Shown here piece after piece: positions 45,607 through 56,530 of a stretch of DNA of 64,000 nucleotides. Position 1 is the stretch's first letter; every line of letters starts with the position of its first letter. The stretch comes from an uncultured Muribaculaceae bacterium (GTDB lineage: Bacteria; Bacteroidota; Bacteroidia; Bacteroidales; Muribaculaceae), in assembly GCA_964018905.1 (NCBI GenBank), contig CAXHRO010000004.1:28950-92949 (forward strand). The letters are read 5' to 3'. The notes beneath the pieces were generated by a model. That model was not told the DNA's origin and did not search any database. It worked only from the letters and a program-made list of their open reading frames with translations. Both the position numbers and the translations under genes were made by a program.

Positions 45607-46521
45607 ATGGCACGTTTCAGCATTAACATACTCGGATGCGGCTCGGCGACACCGTCACTGCGCCACCAGCCATCCTCACAGATAATCGACTTCAGAGACA
45701 ACTTGATGATGATCGACTGTGGAGAAGGTACCCAGCTGGCAATGAGACGAATGAGACTTAAATTCTCGCGACTTAGCCATATATTTATCAGCCACCTGCA
45801 CGGCGATCATGTCCTTGGACTGCCGGGCCTGCTGTCCACTTTGGCTCTACACGGAAAGACCGGACGCGTCACAGTCCACACATTTCCCGACGGCATCAAA
45901 CTATTAAAGAGTGTCGTGGAATTCTTTTGCCGCGAACCGGGATATGAGATAATCTTTGAACCGGTGAGCGACAAAGGCGGGATCGTATATGAGGATAACG
46001 CACTGACAGTCGAGGCATTTCCTCTTTATCACCGTGTACCATGCGTAGGCTACATATTCAAAGAGAAAACCAAGCCGCGTCATCTCATCGGCGACATGGT
46101 CAAGTTCCTTGAAATCCCGGTAAGCAAACTACACGGCATAAAGGCCGGCGATGACTACGTGAAACCCGACGGAACGATAATACCTAACCGACATATAACC
46201 ACAGATCCCGATCCGTCAATGAGTTACGCATATTGCTCTGACACCGTATACGACCCGCGGGTATCGGCGGCGGTAAAAGGAATCGACACAATATATCACG
46301 AAGCCACATATATCGATGCCGACATGAACAAGGCTCACGACCGTGGACATGCAACAGCCAGCGAGGCAGCAAGGGTTGCCCTCGAAGCCGGTGCCAATCG
46401 GCTTATTCTCGGACACTACTCAAAAAGCTACGAAAATGAAAAACAGCATCTTGCCGAAGCCTCAGCAATTTTTAAAAACACAATTTTAGGTAACGAGGGA
46501 CTCACCGTCAACCTCCTATAA
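45607..46521 (+). CDS. rnz: Ribonuclease Z
   Basis: Metallo-beta-lactamase motif ISHLHGDHVLGLPGLL. N-terminus ILGCGSATPS. 304 aa. Confidence 0.9.
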   Translation: MARFSINILGCGSATPSLRHQPSSQIIDFRDNLMMIDCGEGTQLAMRRMRLKFSRLSHIFISHLHGDHVLGLPGLLSTLALHGKTGRVTVHTFPDGIKLLKSVVEFFCREPGYEIIFEPVSDKGGIVYEDNALTVEAFPLYHRVPCVGYIFKEKTKPRHLIGDMVKFLEIPVSKLHGIKAGDDYVKPDGTIIPNRHITTDPDPSMSYAYCSDTVYDPRVSAAVKGIDTIYHEATYIDADMNKAHDRGHATASEAARVALEAGANRLILGHYSKSYENEKQHLAEASAIFKNTILGNEGLTVNLL

Positions 46522-46571
46522 ATCATCCTGATACCCATACTTTTCACCTTTAAGACACAGCATCCTGCAAT

Positions 46572-47009
46572 ATGCTTGACAACGATACATACTTCATGAA
46601 CCTCGCATTGGCCGAAGCACGTAAAGCACTTGCCGAGGACGAGATACCTATCGGAGCCATAGTGGTGTGCGATGGAAATATCGTAGGCCGCGGCCACAAT
46701 ATGACCGAGACTTTGGGTGATGTCACCGCCCATGCCGAGATGATGGCTGTCACATCGGCCGCACAGACTTTAGGAGGAAAGTACCTCACCGACTGCACAT
46801 TGTATGTCACAGTCGAACCATGCCTTATGTGTGCCGGCGCCATCGCATGGGCACAGGTGAAACGTATCGTATACGGTGCGTCAGACATCAAACGTGGCTA
46901 CACGGTCTACACCGATGCTCCTTTTCATCCACGAGCCACGGTTACCGGAGGTGTACTCGAGAATGAATGCGCACAACTCATGAAGGATTTTTTTGCAAGA
47001 CGCCGATGA
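46572..47009 (+). CDS. tadA: tRNA adenosine(34) deaminase
   Basis: CDA zinc motifs HAEMMA and PCLMCAGA. 145 aa. Confidence 0.9.
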   Translation: MLDNDTYFMNLALAEARKALAEDEIPIGAIVVCDGNIVGRGHNMTETLGDVTAHAEMMAVTSAAQTLGGKYLTDCTLYVTVEPCLMCAGAIAWAQVKRIVYGASDIKRGYTVYTDAPFHPRATVTGGVLENECAQLMKDFFARRR

Positions 47010-50000
47010 AAGAATACAATGATCGAATCAACCTACTGATTGACAGCCTGCAACGCCGCATACTCATACTTGACGGCGCAATGGGAACCATGATACAGCG
47101 AGCCGGACTGGTCGAAGCCGATTTTCATATGCCCGGCATAGCCGCGGAGCGCACACTTGCCGGATGCAACGATCTGCTTGCCATAACACGTCCCGATGTC
47201 ATAGCCGACATCCACAGACAATATATCGATGCCGGAGCCGACATCATAGAGACATGCTCGTTCAACTCCAATGCAATTTCACTTGAGGAATACGGTATTG
47301 CCGATAAAGTCACCGACCTCAACCATGCAGCCGCCAGGCTTGCCCGCAAGGTTGCCGATGCCGCCACACGCCCAGTCTGGGTCGCCGGAAGCATTGGTCC
47401 CACAGGCAAATCGCTCACAATGGCCATCAATCTTGGCGACAGCATCACGTTCGACGAGATGGAACATGCCTACTACGACCAGGTCAGAGCCTTGGTTGAA
47501 GGAGGAGTAGACATATTACTGTTCGAGACCATCTTTGATACACTCAATGTCAAGGCGGGGCTACACGCCGCCTTACGCGTCATGGACGACCTCAATATAA
47601 AGGTTCCTGTCATCACCTCCGTAACACTCACCGAGAGCGGACGCACCCTGTCGGGACAGTCACTTGAAGCATTTGTAGCATCGGTATCACACGCCGGCCA
47701 GCTGGCATTCAGCCTCAACTGTGGATTCGGCCCCGAGTCGATGGTGCCATTTATTGAATCGCTTGACTACGTCCCGGCCGCCATCGCCATGTACCCGAAT
47801 GCCGGTTTACCCAACAAAATGGGAGAATACGACCAGTCACCGGCCGACATGGCCCGGGCCATCGAGCCACTGCTTGCATCACGCCGACTAAACATCGCTG
47901 GCGGTTGTTGCGGCACGACTCCGGCCCATATAGCCGAACTTGCACGCCTTGCATCACTTTACGAGCCACGCCCCATACCATGCCACAGGAATATCACCAC
48001 TCTGGCCGGACTCGATCCTCTGACCATCATACCGGGAAACAACCTTGTAAACATCGGCGAGCGATGCAATGTCGCAGGCAGCCGTAAATTCCTGAGACTC
48101 ATCAATGAAGACGCCATAGATGAAGCCGTGGATATTGCAGCGGCACAGGTTGCCAAGGGGGCACAAGCTGTCGACATCAACATGGACGACGGCATGCTCG
48201 ACTCGGTGAAGTGCATGGACAGATTTGTCGCACGACTTCAGGTTGAACCCGATGTCGCACGCGTGCCCATGGTCATCGACTCGTCCAAATGGGAAGTAAT
48301 ACTGGCTGGTCTGAAACGTGTTCAGGGTAAACCGCTCGTAAATTCAATCAGCCTTAAAGAAGGTGAAGAGACTTTCCTGGCCCGGGCCAGGGAAATACAC
48401 CGTCTCGGAGCCGCTATGGTGGTCATGGCATTCGACGAGCAGGGACAAGCCACAACACTTGACCGACGCATCGAAATATGTACCCGTGCCTACCGGTTGC
48501 TCACCGAGAAGGCCGGCATCCCACCTCACGATATTGTCTTTGATCCCAATATTCTCACCATTGCCACCGGCATACATGAACACGACTCATATGCACTCGA
48601 CTTCATCAATGCAGTCAAAGCCATCAAGAATACATTGCCCGGCGCAAAGACCGGCGGCGGAGTAAGCAATCTGTCATTTGCCTTCAGAGGCAACAACTAT
48701 CTGCGCGAGGCAATGCACGCGGTGTTTCTGTATCACGCCGTATCGGCCGGACTCGACACTGCCATCGTCAACGCCGCTACCCTCATGTCGGTAGATGACA
48801 TCCCCGTCAATCTGCGTGAAGCCATCGAAGATGTCATATTCATGCGTCGCCCTGATGCCACCGATCGCCTTATTGAGATTGCAGCAGAGCTAAAAGACGC
48901 AGGAGATACCGTCCACAAAGATGAACCTGGACTCCAGCCCGACCCTGAGCAACGTCTCGAGAACATGATTGTGAAAGGGACGACACTGGGACTGGAAGAA
49001 GTCCTCGAAAACGTAGTTTCACACTACAGCCGGGTAGTCGACCTTATCGACGGCCCGCTCATGGCCGCCATGGACAAAGTAGGCCGAATGTTTGGCGAAG
49101 GCCGAATGTTCCTGCCACAGGTCGTCAAGAGCGCTTCGGTAATGAAAGCAGCCGTAGCAATCCTTGAACCGCGCCTTGAGAAAGAACGCACTGCCGGCAC
49201 GGCATCCACACGCCGACTGATGATACTCGCCACCGTCAAGGGAGATGTACATGACATAGGCAAGAATATAGTGGCCATCATAATGAAATGCAACGGCTGG
49301 GACATCATAGATCTCGGCGTGATGGTACAGCCCGAGAAGATAATACAGGCCGCCATCGACAGCCGGGCCGATGCCATCGGTCTGAGCGGTCTAATAACCC
49401 CGTCGCTTGAAGAGATGTGCCGTGTAGCCCGCATGATGGAGGAAGCATCACTCGATATTCCACTGTTCATAGGTGGAGCCACCACCTCGGCCTTGCACAC
49501 GGCCGTAAGAATAGCTCTGTGCCGGTCGGGACTTACAGTCTACACCCGAGACGCTGCCATGGTACCTGTGATAGCGTCCCGGCTGATGTCTCCGGCAACA
49601 GCCGCATCCGAGGCCCGGTCGATAAGGGACAGTCAGGATGCTCTAAGAAAAGGTAATACATCATCCGGGCCCGAACTACTCACACTTGCCGAAGCACGTC
49701 ACCTCCATACCGTGCCCGACAGATACAGCCAGACAGGAGCGCGCCCCGAACCGGGTATCATGGATATCGCATATGAGATCGAAGCCATACGCGGCCTTGT
49801 CAACCGCAAGGCCCTGCTGGCGGCATGGAAACTTGACCCGGCAGTACCACAGGCCTCCGAAGCTGTAAAGCTGCTCGACTCGATGGATCGCCTGCTTGAC
49901 CATCTCAATGCGTCAGACTATCGCGTGACAGCACGTGCAGTCACAGCCCGGGCCATCACCGACGACAGAGACAATCTTATCGTCAACAACCTGACATTGC

Positions 50001-50515
50001 CCATGTTACGTCAACAGCGGCCAGGAAAGGATGGTCACACACTATGTATCACCGACTTCATCAACCCCGATGGCAGTGACATCGTGACTCTGTTTGCGGT
50101 CACAGCCCCCGAGATAACACTTGACAATGCCGATGATTACACCAGCCTGCTGTTACAGAGCGTGTGCCACCGACTGGCCGAGGCGGCAACCGAGCGACTT
50201 CACAGGGATCTGAGCGGCTTCACCGACAGGCACACCGGCATACGCCCCGCAGTAGGCTACCCTATGCTACCCGACCAGAGCCTTGTACATGAACTTGATA
50301 AACAGCTTCATTACAGCCAGCTGGAGATATCGGTCACCGAACACGGCGCGTTACACCCATCGGCCACCACAACAGGACTTATCATATATTCACCGGCAGC
50401 ACGCTACTTCGAGGTAGGAACAATCGACCGGCAACAACTTGCCGACTATGCCGGTCGCCGTGGCAAGAGTCCCGAATCGGCAAGGCCGTACCTTGAACAT
50501 CAGACGCGACGGTGA
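47006..50515 (+). CDS. metH: Cobalamin-dependent methionine synthase
   Basis: Hcy-binding domain (ILDGAMGTMIQ, GGCCGTTPAHI), pterin-binding domain, B12-binding DxHxxG (GDVHDIGKNIV), and an activation domain (RPAVGYPMLPDQS). ATGA overlap with the tadA stop. Confidence 0.9.
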   Translation: MKEYNDRINLLIDSLQRRILILDGAMGTMIQRAGLVEADFHMPGIAAERTLAGCNDLLAITRPDVIADIHRQYIDAGADIIETCSFNSNAISLEEYGIADKVTDLNHAAARLARKVADAATRPVWVAGSIGPTGKSLTMAINLGDSITFDEMEHAYYDQVRALVEGGVDILLFETIFDTLNVKAGLHAALRVMDDLNIKVPVITSVTLTESGRTLSGQSLEAFVASVSHAGQLAFSLNCGFGPESMVPFIESLDYVPAAIAMYPNAGLPNKMGEYDQSPADMARAIEPLLASRRLNIAGGCCGTTPAHIAELARLASLYEPRPIPCHRNITTLAGLDPLTIIPGNNLVNIGERCNVAGSRKFLRLINEDAIDEAVDIAAAQVAKGAQAVDINMDDGMLDSVKCMDRFVARLQVEPDVARVPMVIDSSKWEVILAGLKRVQGKPLVNSISLKEGEETFLARAREIHRLGAAMVVMAFDEQGQATTLDRRIEICTRAYRLLTEKAGIPPHDIVFDPNILTIATGIHEHDSYALDFINAVKAIKNTLPGAKTGGGVSNLSFAFRGNNYLREAMHAVFLYHAVSAGLDTAIVNAATLMSVDDIPVNLREAIEDVIFMRRPDATDRLIEIAAELKDAGDTVHKDEPGLQPDPEQRLENMIVKGTTLGLEEVLENVVSHYSRVVDLIDGPLMAAMDKVGRMFGEGRMFLPQVVKSASVMKAAVAILEPRLEKERTAGTASTRRLMILATVKGDVHDIGKNIVAIIMKCNGWDIIDLGVMVQPEKIIQAAIDSRADAIGLSGLITPSLEEMCRVARMMEEASLDIPLFIGGATTSALHTAVRIALCRSGLTVYTRDAAMVPVIASRLMSPATAASEARSIRDSQDALRKGNTSSGPELLTLAEARHLHTVPDRYSQTGARPEPGIMDIAYEIEAIRGLVNRKALLAAWKLDPAVPQASEAVKLLDSMDRLLDHLNASDYRVTARAVTARAITDDRDNLIVNNLTLPMLRQQRPGKDGHTLCITDFINPDGSDIVTLFAVTAPEITLDNADDYTSLLLQSVCHRLAEAATERLHRDLSGFTDRHTGIRPAVGYPMLPDQSLVHELDKQLHYSQLEISVTEHGALHPSATTTGLIIYSPAARYFEVGTIDRQQLADYAGRRGKSPESARPYLEHQTRR

Positions 50516-50688
50516 ACAACACGTCTGTGCTGGTCGTTCATGTTCACGTAACGTAACATAGCCACCAGGCGAGCCACAAGCATCACGGCAAGGGCTACGC
50601 CCACTATTGCCATCCATATCATCTTGATTGTTATCATAGTACCGAAAGATTTTATAATCTCATAACAACATTTAAAGAGCCTTAGTTC

Positions 50689-51552
50689 ATGGAAATATCC
50701 CACAAAGTCAAGGATCTCAGGACGCTCTGGCAACGACAGCTCTCTCCGCGTTACGGAGACAGAGAAGCGGCATGGATAGTACGCGCATTGCTTGAGGACA
50801 CCATGGGATGGAGCTCGACCGACATAATCCTCAAGGGTGATTATGAATTCAACGCACACACAGTCACCAGACTCAGTGGCATGGTCAAGCGCATCTCCGG
50901 AGGCGAGCCCGTGCAGTATGTCACAGGACGCGCACCATTCCATGGCCTCATGTTCAAGGTCACTCCGGATGTACTTATTCCACGCCCGGAGACCGACATG
51001 CTTGTCGACATGATCGTATCAGATGCCGCCGGACGCAGTGATCTAAGGGTTCTGGACTGCGGCACCGGCTCGGGTTGCATCGCCATATCACTGGCTCGTA
51101 ACCTGCCGTTTGCCCGGGTCAAAGCGATAGACAAGTCGCCCGAAGCACTTGCTGTAGCCCTAACAAACGGCAACGACCTCGGAGTCAAGGTCAACTTTGA
51201 GCAGGCCGACATGCTATCCCTTCCATCCTCCGACAATGACATGTATGATATCATTGTAAGCAATCCACCATATATAGCCGAGCATGAACGCGTCTCTATG
51301 GAAAGCCACGTGACCGACCATGAACCCGGTATGGCTCTTTTTGTACCCGACGACGACCCGCTTGTCTTCTACCGCGAAGTTGCAGTCTACGCCCATCATG
51401 CCCTGGCGCCGGACGGGAAGCTGTATTTTGAAATAAATCCCCTGTATGCCGGCCAGCTTGAAACGATGTTGCGACCATTGTTCGATGACGTGACCATAAC
51501 TCGCGACAGCCAGGGACTACTACGATATGCCACAGCAACCCATCGTATATGA
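50689..51552 (+). CDS. prmC: Peptide chain release factor N(5)-glutamine methyltransferase
   Basis: SAM motif VLDCGTGSGCIA and catalytic IVSNPPYI. Confidence 0.9.
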   Translation: MEISHKVKDLRTLWQRQLSPRYGDREAAWIVRALLEDTMGWSSTDIILKGDYEFNAHTVTRLSGMVKRISGGEPVQYVTGRAPFHGLMFKVTPDVLIPRPETDMLVDMIVSDAAGRSDLRVLDCGTGSGCIAISLARNLPFARVKAIDKSPEALAVALTNGNDLGVKVNFEQADMLSLPSSDNDMYDIIVSNPPYIAEHERVSMESHVTDHEPGMALFVPDDDPLVFYREVAVYAHHALAPDGKLYFEINPLYAGQLETMLRPLFDDVTITRDSQGLLRYATATHRI

Positions 51553-52037
51553 TGCCCACAAAAAAGTTAACCCCCGCCAATGCCCTTGTAAAGCTGCAGG
51601 AGCTATGTGCCCGCAGTGAGCAATGCAGCTACGAAATACAATCCCGACTGTATAGGTGGGGAATAGACGGAACTATGGCCACCAGAATACTCTCACTGTT
51701 AAGACGCGACCGATATGTCGACGATCAACGTTTTGCTTCGGCATTCGTTCGCGACAAGATTGTATTTAACCGCTGGGGACGTGCCAAGATAAAACTCGCA
51801 CTCATACAGAAGCGCCTGGACAGCGACATCATAGCCGAGGCCTTAGCCGAGATCGATCCCGACGAATACCGCACAGCTCTTATCGAAGTACTATCGGCCA
51901 AGGCTCGCACACTCCAGGAGACACAAAGCTACGAGTCCCGCAACAAGTTACTGCGCCATGCCGCCTCGCGTGGATTTGAAGTGACATTCATAATCGACAT
52001 GATCAAGCAACCTTCATTGTGGAATCAGGCAAGATGA
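51549..52037 (+). CDS. recX: Regulatory protein RecX
   Basis: 162 aa of three-helix repeats. ALVKLQELCARSEQCSYEIQSRLYRWGI and DDQRFASAFVRDK are typical of RecX. Confidence 0.75.
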   Translation: MMPTKKLTPANALVKLQELCARSEQCSYEIQSRLYRWGIDGTMATRILSLLRRDRYVDDQRFASAFVRDKIVFNRWGRAKIKLALIQKRLDSDIIAEALAEIDPDEYRTALIEVLSAKARTLQETQSYESRNKLLRHAASRGFEVTFIIDMIKQPSLWNQAR

Positions 52038-52732
52038 TCATAACGTTGTGGCACGACCTGCTGTCGGTAATATTCCCCAGAGTGTGTGAAGTATGCGGAC
52101 GCCAGCTCGTTGACAGCGAAAAAACGATTTGTGGATACTGCTATATAGGCATACCATATACCAACGACCACCATATACCATTCAACAGCATCGAACAGAG
52201 ACTTGCCGGAGGTACTCAGATAGAACGCGCGGCCTCATGGTTTGAGTACCGCCGGCACAGCCCATACAGGCAACTTATCCACAAGGCCAAATACTTCAAC
52301 CGTCCCGACCTGGCCTGCGAACTCGGCCGCATGTGTGCCGCCAGTCTACAGCCCGACCGATTCTTCGACGGCATAGACATACTCATGCCTGTACCGATGC
52401 ACCGGCTCAAACAACTGAGACGAGGCTATAACCAGGCCGAAGAGATAGCACGCGGAATAAACGATGTTACATCAATACCTATTGCCGACAACCTAATAGC
52501 GAGACAGGGGCACAAGAGCCAGACACGGCAAGGTACATACGACCGCTATCTCAACGTCAAAGATCTCTTCTCGGTCATACACCCCGAGGAACTGCAAAAC
52601 ATGCACATCCTCGTTATCGACGACGTGATTACGACAGGATCAACCATACTTAGCTGTTGCGACACGCTCGCCCGGGCAATCCCCGATGTGCGTATAAGTG
52701 TCCTCGCCATAGCCTCAGCCACTCGGCTCTAA
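52034..52732 (+). CDS. ComF family protein (phosphoribosyltransferase domain)
   Basis: N-terminal Cys pairs (CEVCGR...CGYC) and the PRTase motif ILVIDDVITTGST. ATGA overlap with the recX stop. Confidence 0.8.
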   Translation: MIITLWHDLLSVIFPRVCEVCGRQLVDSEKTICGYCYIGIPYTNDHHIPFNSIEQRLAGGTQIERAASWFEYRRHSPYRQLIHKAKYFNRPDLACELGRMCAASLQPDRFFDGIDILMPVPMHRLKQLRRGYNQAEEIARGINDVTSIPIADNLIARQGHKSQTRQGTYDRYLNVKDLFSVIHPEELQNMHILVIDDVITTGSTILSCCDTLARAIPDVRISVLAIASATRL

Positions 52733-53161
52733 GAGTTTGTTTACCGGACATACAATTGATTATCGAGGACTGTATGGATGTATTTTTATAATAGAATCGG
52801 CTTCTTTAGGACTATTATTGTAATATTACAGTCTATATCACACCACCGGGGTCCCACCGCCATGCTACTGTATATCAATCTATTACCGCAATATTGGTTT
52901 TAAATTTATTTATATTCGACTTATACTGCTTTTAATTTAAAGGCAATTCGCCGGTAAATGGTTTAACTTTGCAATATAATAGTTTTATGGTATATGATCA
53001 AATTCTTGGATTAAAGACCAAACGCATGATTAAAAATCAACTATTGGGTTAGTATTATTTAATTACTTTATTGCTTAATCAATGGATTTTAGATAATAAT
53101 CGTGTTTTATGTTAGGTTTGTTATTCTTGGAATATACAATCCAGGTAATACAGAATAACGG

Positions 53162-53181
53162 GCTGCTTTGAGAAAAGCGGC
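53162..53181 (-). terminator. Hairpin downstream of the M16 peptidase gene
   Basis: Stem GCTGCTTT / AAAGCGGC (one G-U pair) with a GAGA loop, 40 nt beyond the stop at 53221. The flanks are moderately T-rich on both strands. Confidence 0.4.
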
Positions 53182-53220
53182 TCGCTGTTTGATTGCTCGA
53201 TTCCATGATCAATAATACAA

Positions 53221-54453
53221 TCAACGTAACGTAAGCGACGAGAGAGGAGTTTCAATAAGCCGTGACGCCATCTGCGTCAAGTCCGTAGCCGTAACTGCAT
53301 TTATATCTGCGGCAAGAACATCAATCGGACGGAACGTCTCTCCACGCAAAACACATCGGCCAAGAGCGAGAGCCGAACTTTCAACACCGGCACGAGAGAG
53401 AGTAAGCTGTCCTATGAACTGTCTCTTGGCCATTGCAAGAGCCCTATCTCCCATGGGCACAGTCGCCATTTGTTCGACTGCCTCGCTTACCAGTCTCCGA
53501 CACACCCCAGTGTGTTCGTCATCACACCCGAAGTAGACCGACCACAATGTACAATCGGAATATCTTGATATCGACGAATCGACAGTATATACCAGTCCGC
53601 GGCGCTCACGAAGCGATACATTAAGTCGCGAGTTCATCCCCGGCCCTCCAAGTATATTGTTCATTAGCCCCAGCGGATCATAATCCTCATGTGAAATCCC
53701 TTCCAGGCGGTTACCCACTATAGTATGAGCCTGATGAGACCTTATGGATCTGGATATATCGAACGGCTCCACCGGCGGCGGAACGACACGCCCCATTGAA
53801 CGGTCTCCGGCAGGTATGGCCTCCATATAGCGTCCGGCAAGCGACATCACCCGTGAAAAAGGAGCCGGCCCGGTATAGAAGAACGCCATTCGACCGGCAT
53901 TATAGTTGCGGTAAACCCATTGCAGGCAGTCACTACCGGTAAGGCACGACACCGACTTCCGCGTACCGAGAATATTGTGTCCCAGCTGGGAATCCCGGAA
54001 AATAAGATCTTCAAAGTCATCATAGACAGCAGCATCGGGAGCATCAAGATAACTGTTTATCTCATCGGCGACGACCTCACGCTCCCTGTCAAGCTCAGGT
54101 GCAGGAAATATCGAGTTTACCACAAGGTCGGCAATAAGTTCGACAGCACGCGCGGTATTACCGGCCGGAGCAGTAGAATACACGAATGTCTCCTCCTTGG
54201 TAGTATACGCATTCAACTCGCCACCGACAGTCTCCATACGGTTGATGACATGGTATGACCTACGCTTTCTGGTGCCCTTGAAGATCGTATGCTCTACGAA
54301 GTGAGCCAGTCCCCATTCACGGGATGACTCGTCACGGCTGCCGGCCATAATGGCCACGCCACAACACTCCACGCTGCCCGGCATCCACCTGTAGGCAACA
54401 GGGAGTCCCGACGGGAGATACTCCGTCAGGACCTGGTTTTGGGATCGAGCCAT
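53221..54453 (-). CDS. M16 family (pitrilysin/insulinase-like) zinc peptidase
   Basis: Inverted zinc motif HxxEH in GLAHFVEHTIFKGT. 410 aa. Confidence 0.85.
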   Translation of the reverse strand: MARSQNQVLTEYLPSGLPVAYRWMPGSVECCGVAIMAGSRDESSREWGLAHFVEHTIFKGTRKRRSYHVINRMETVGGELNAYTTKEETFVYSTAPAGNTARAVELIADLVVNSIFPAPELDREREVVADEINSYLDAPDAAVYDDFEDLIFRDSQLGHNILGTRKSVSCLTGSDCLQWVYRNYNAGRMAFFYTGPAPFSRVMSLAGRYMEAIPAGDRSMGRVVPPPVEPFDISRSIRSHQAHTIVGNRLEGISHEDYDPLGLMNNILGGPGMNSRLNVSLRERRGLVYTVDSSISRYSDCTLWSVYFGCDDEHTGVCRRLVSEAVEQMATVPMGDRALAMAKRQFIGQLTLSRAGVESSALALGRCVLRGETFRPIDVLAADINAVTATDLTQMASRLIETPLSSLTLR

Positions 54454-55982
54454 CGGCCGTCGTTTTTAAGAAGTTGAACAAGGTGATCAAGAGCACACTC
54501 CTGAGGGATATTGCGCTCAACACACTCCTTGCCCCTATACAGGCTCACCTTTCCGGCCGCAGCTCCTACATATCCATAGTCGGCATCGGCCATCTCTCCA
54601 GGCCCGTTGACAATACATCCCATCACGGCGATCTTAAGCCCGGTAAGGTGTGACAGAGACTCCTTTACCATCTTTACGGTCGACTGAAGGTCAAAAAGCG
54701 TACGCCCGCAACCAGGACACGATATAAACTCGGTCTTAGTAAAACGACAGCGCGCGGCCTGCAGTATATCGAGTTCGAGACACGCAAGTTCCTCGCCCGA
54801 CATTGAATCAGACTCGATCCATATACCGTCGACCATATCACCAAGAAGCAATGCACCGGCGTCACTTGCCGCACGCAGTTTTACCTCGTCGGGAGAAAGA
54901 CCGTCATATCGCAGATGTGCGATACAAGGCATCGAATGGCTGATAGACGCCATCGTCCCGTATATGTCTCCGAGCTGATTATCACTCATAGCCTCCACGA
55001 CATAGTGTCCGGCCAAAGAGTCGTCGCCGTCAGCATTGACAGCCGTCACAGGTGTTCCGGGGCACTTACGGCACCCTTTGACACCACGTTCACTCTCATA
55101 TATATACCCCTTTGACAAGACGTAGTCCACAAGGTCGCGGGCCACCGGAATCTCGCATTCAGGATCCTCGCTCAGCGACACTCTTATGGTATCGCCAATA
55201 CCATGTGCGAGCAATGTACCTATGCCGACAGCCGACTTGATACGGCCATCATCACCGGCACCGGCCTCGGTCACTCCAAGATGAAGCGGGAAATGCATAT
55301 CCTCGGCATCCATCGCCTCAACAAGGAGCATGACGGTCTCGACCATAACGACCGTATTGGACGCCTTGATCGATATCACGATATTCTTGAAGTCATTGGC
55401 GACAGCGATACGCAGAAATTCCATGGCACTCTCGACCATACCCGCCGGAGTATCACCATAGCGGCTCATTATACGATCGCTGAGCGAACCATGATTGACA
55501 CCTATACGTATTGCAGTACCGTTCTCACGGCACAGTTCAAGGAAAGGCACGAATGTGCGGGATATGCGCTCAAGCTCGGCGGCATATTCCTCATCGGTAT
55601 AATCTATATGCCTGAAGACTCGTCCCGGATCCACAAAATTACCCGGATTGATGCGCACTTTCTCGACATGACGAGCCGCCTCGAAGGCTGCATTGGGATT
55701 GAAATGTATATCGGCAACCAAAGGTACATCACACCCCGTATCCTTTGTCAGGCGGCGTATCACGGCGAGGTTCGAAGCCTCGCGCACCCCCTGGGCCGTA
55801 AGGCGCACTATCTGCCCCCCCGCCTTGGCTATACGGCCTATCTGGGCTACCGAACCCTCCGTGTCCATTGTCGATGTCGATGTCATAGACTGGAGCACGA
55901 CCGGAGCATCACCACCTATGGTCACGCCACCGACGGTCACCGGCCATGACCGGCGACGGCAATAGGAAGACTGCATCGACAT
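54426..55982 (-). CDS. ispG: 4-hydroxy-3-methylbut-2-en-1-yl diphosphate synthase (long form with insert domain)
   Basis: N-terminal VGGVTIGGDAPVVLQSMTST. C-terminal Fe-S ligands FISCPGCGRT and MGCIVNGPGE. Confidence 0.9.
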   Translation of the reverse strand: MSMQSSYCRRRSWPVTVGGVTIGGDAPVVLQSMTSTSTMDTEGSVAQIGRIAKAGGQIVRLTAQGVREASNLAVIRRLTKDTGCDVPLVADIHFNPNAAFEAARHVEKVRINPGNFVDPGRVFRHIDYTDEEYAAELERISRTFVPFLELCRENGTAIRIGVNHGSLSDRIMSRYGDTPAGMVESAMEFLRIAVANDFKNIVISIKASNTVVMVETVMLLVEAMDAEDMHFPLHLGVTEAGAGDDGRIKSAVGIGTLLAHGIGDTIRVSLSEDPECEIPVARDLVDYVLSKGYIYESERGVKGCRKCPGTPVTAVNADGDDSLAGHYVVEAMSDNQLGDIYGTMASISHSMPCIAHLRYDGLSPDEVKLRAASDAGALLLGDMVDGIWIESDSMSGEELACLELDILQAARCRFTKTEFISCPGCGRTLFDLQSTVKMVKESLSHLTGLKIAVMGCIVNGPGEMADADYGYVGAAAGKVSLYRGKECVERNIPQECALDHLVQLLKNDGRWLDPKTRS

Positions 55983-55985
55983 TGA

Positions 55986-56492
55986 TCAGTTAGTCTTGTA
56001 TTTATACTGGATAGCAGCAAGATCGGCATTGGCCTTCACAATCTTCTCGCGCAATGAGGCACGATACCCGTCAAGACGAGCTGCGATACCGTCATCGGAG
56101 AGCGCAAGCATACGCATGGCCAGCACCGCGGCATTGAGGCCGCCATTGATGGTAACAGTCGCCACAGGAATACCCGGAGGCATCTGTACTATCGACAACA
56201 AGGCATCCTTACCTTCGAGTGTGGCACTCAGAGGCACTCCAATGACAGGGAGTGGAGTCAAGGCCGCTATCACACCAGGAAGAGCGGCAGCCATACCGGC
56301 GGCGGCTATTATCACCTTGACACCGCGTCCGGCGGCATTGGCGGCAAACTCCTCGACCTCACGCGGCGTGCGGTGAGCCGACAGGGCGAGCATCTCGAAA
56401 GGTATCTCCATCGACTCCAGGAAGTCGGCGGTCTTGGTCATCACAGGCAGATCGCTTGTGCTACCCATTATAATACTTACCAGAGGTTTCAT
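55986..56492 (-). CDS. purE: 5-(carboxyamino)imidazole ribonucleotide mutase
   Basis: VSIIMGSTSDLPVM and AHRTP motifs. 168 aa. Confidence 0.9.
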   Translation of the reverse strand: MKPLVSIIMGSTSDLPVMTKTADFLESMEIPFEMLALSAHRTPREVEEFAANAAGRGVKVIIAAAGMAAALPGVIAALTPLPVIGVPLSATLEGKDALLSIVQMPPGIPVATVTINGGLNAAVLAMRMLALSDDGIAARLDGYRASLREKIVKANADLAAIQYKYKTN

Positions 56493-56530
56493 ATTGACGT
56501 ATTATGTATCAGACGTTTTATACGTTATTA

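Noticed and set aside
50500-50943. 147-aa minus-strand ORF overlapping the prmC start and metH end. Its last 45 codons (50500-50637) encode a single-TM peptide (MITIKMIWMAIVGVALAVMLVARLV...).
   Set aside because: Most of the ORF overlaps prmC. The short TM peptide alone cannot be supported without conservation or expression data, and it overlaps the metH stop region by 16 nt.
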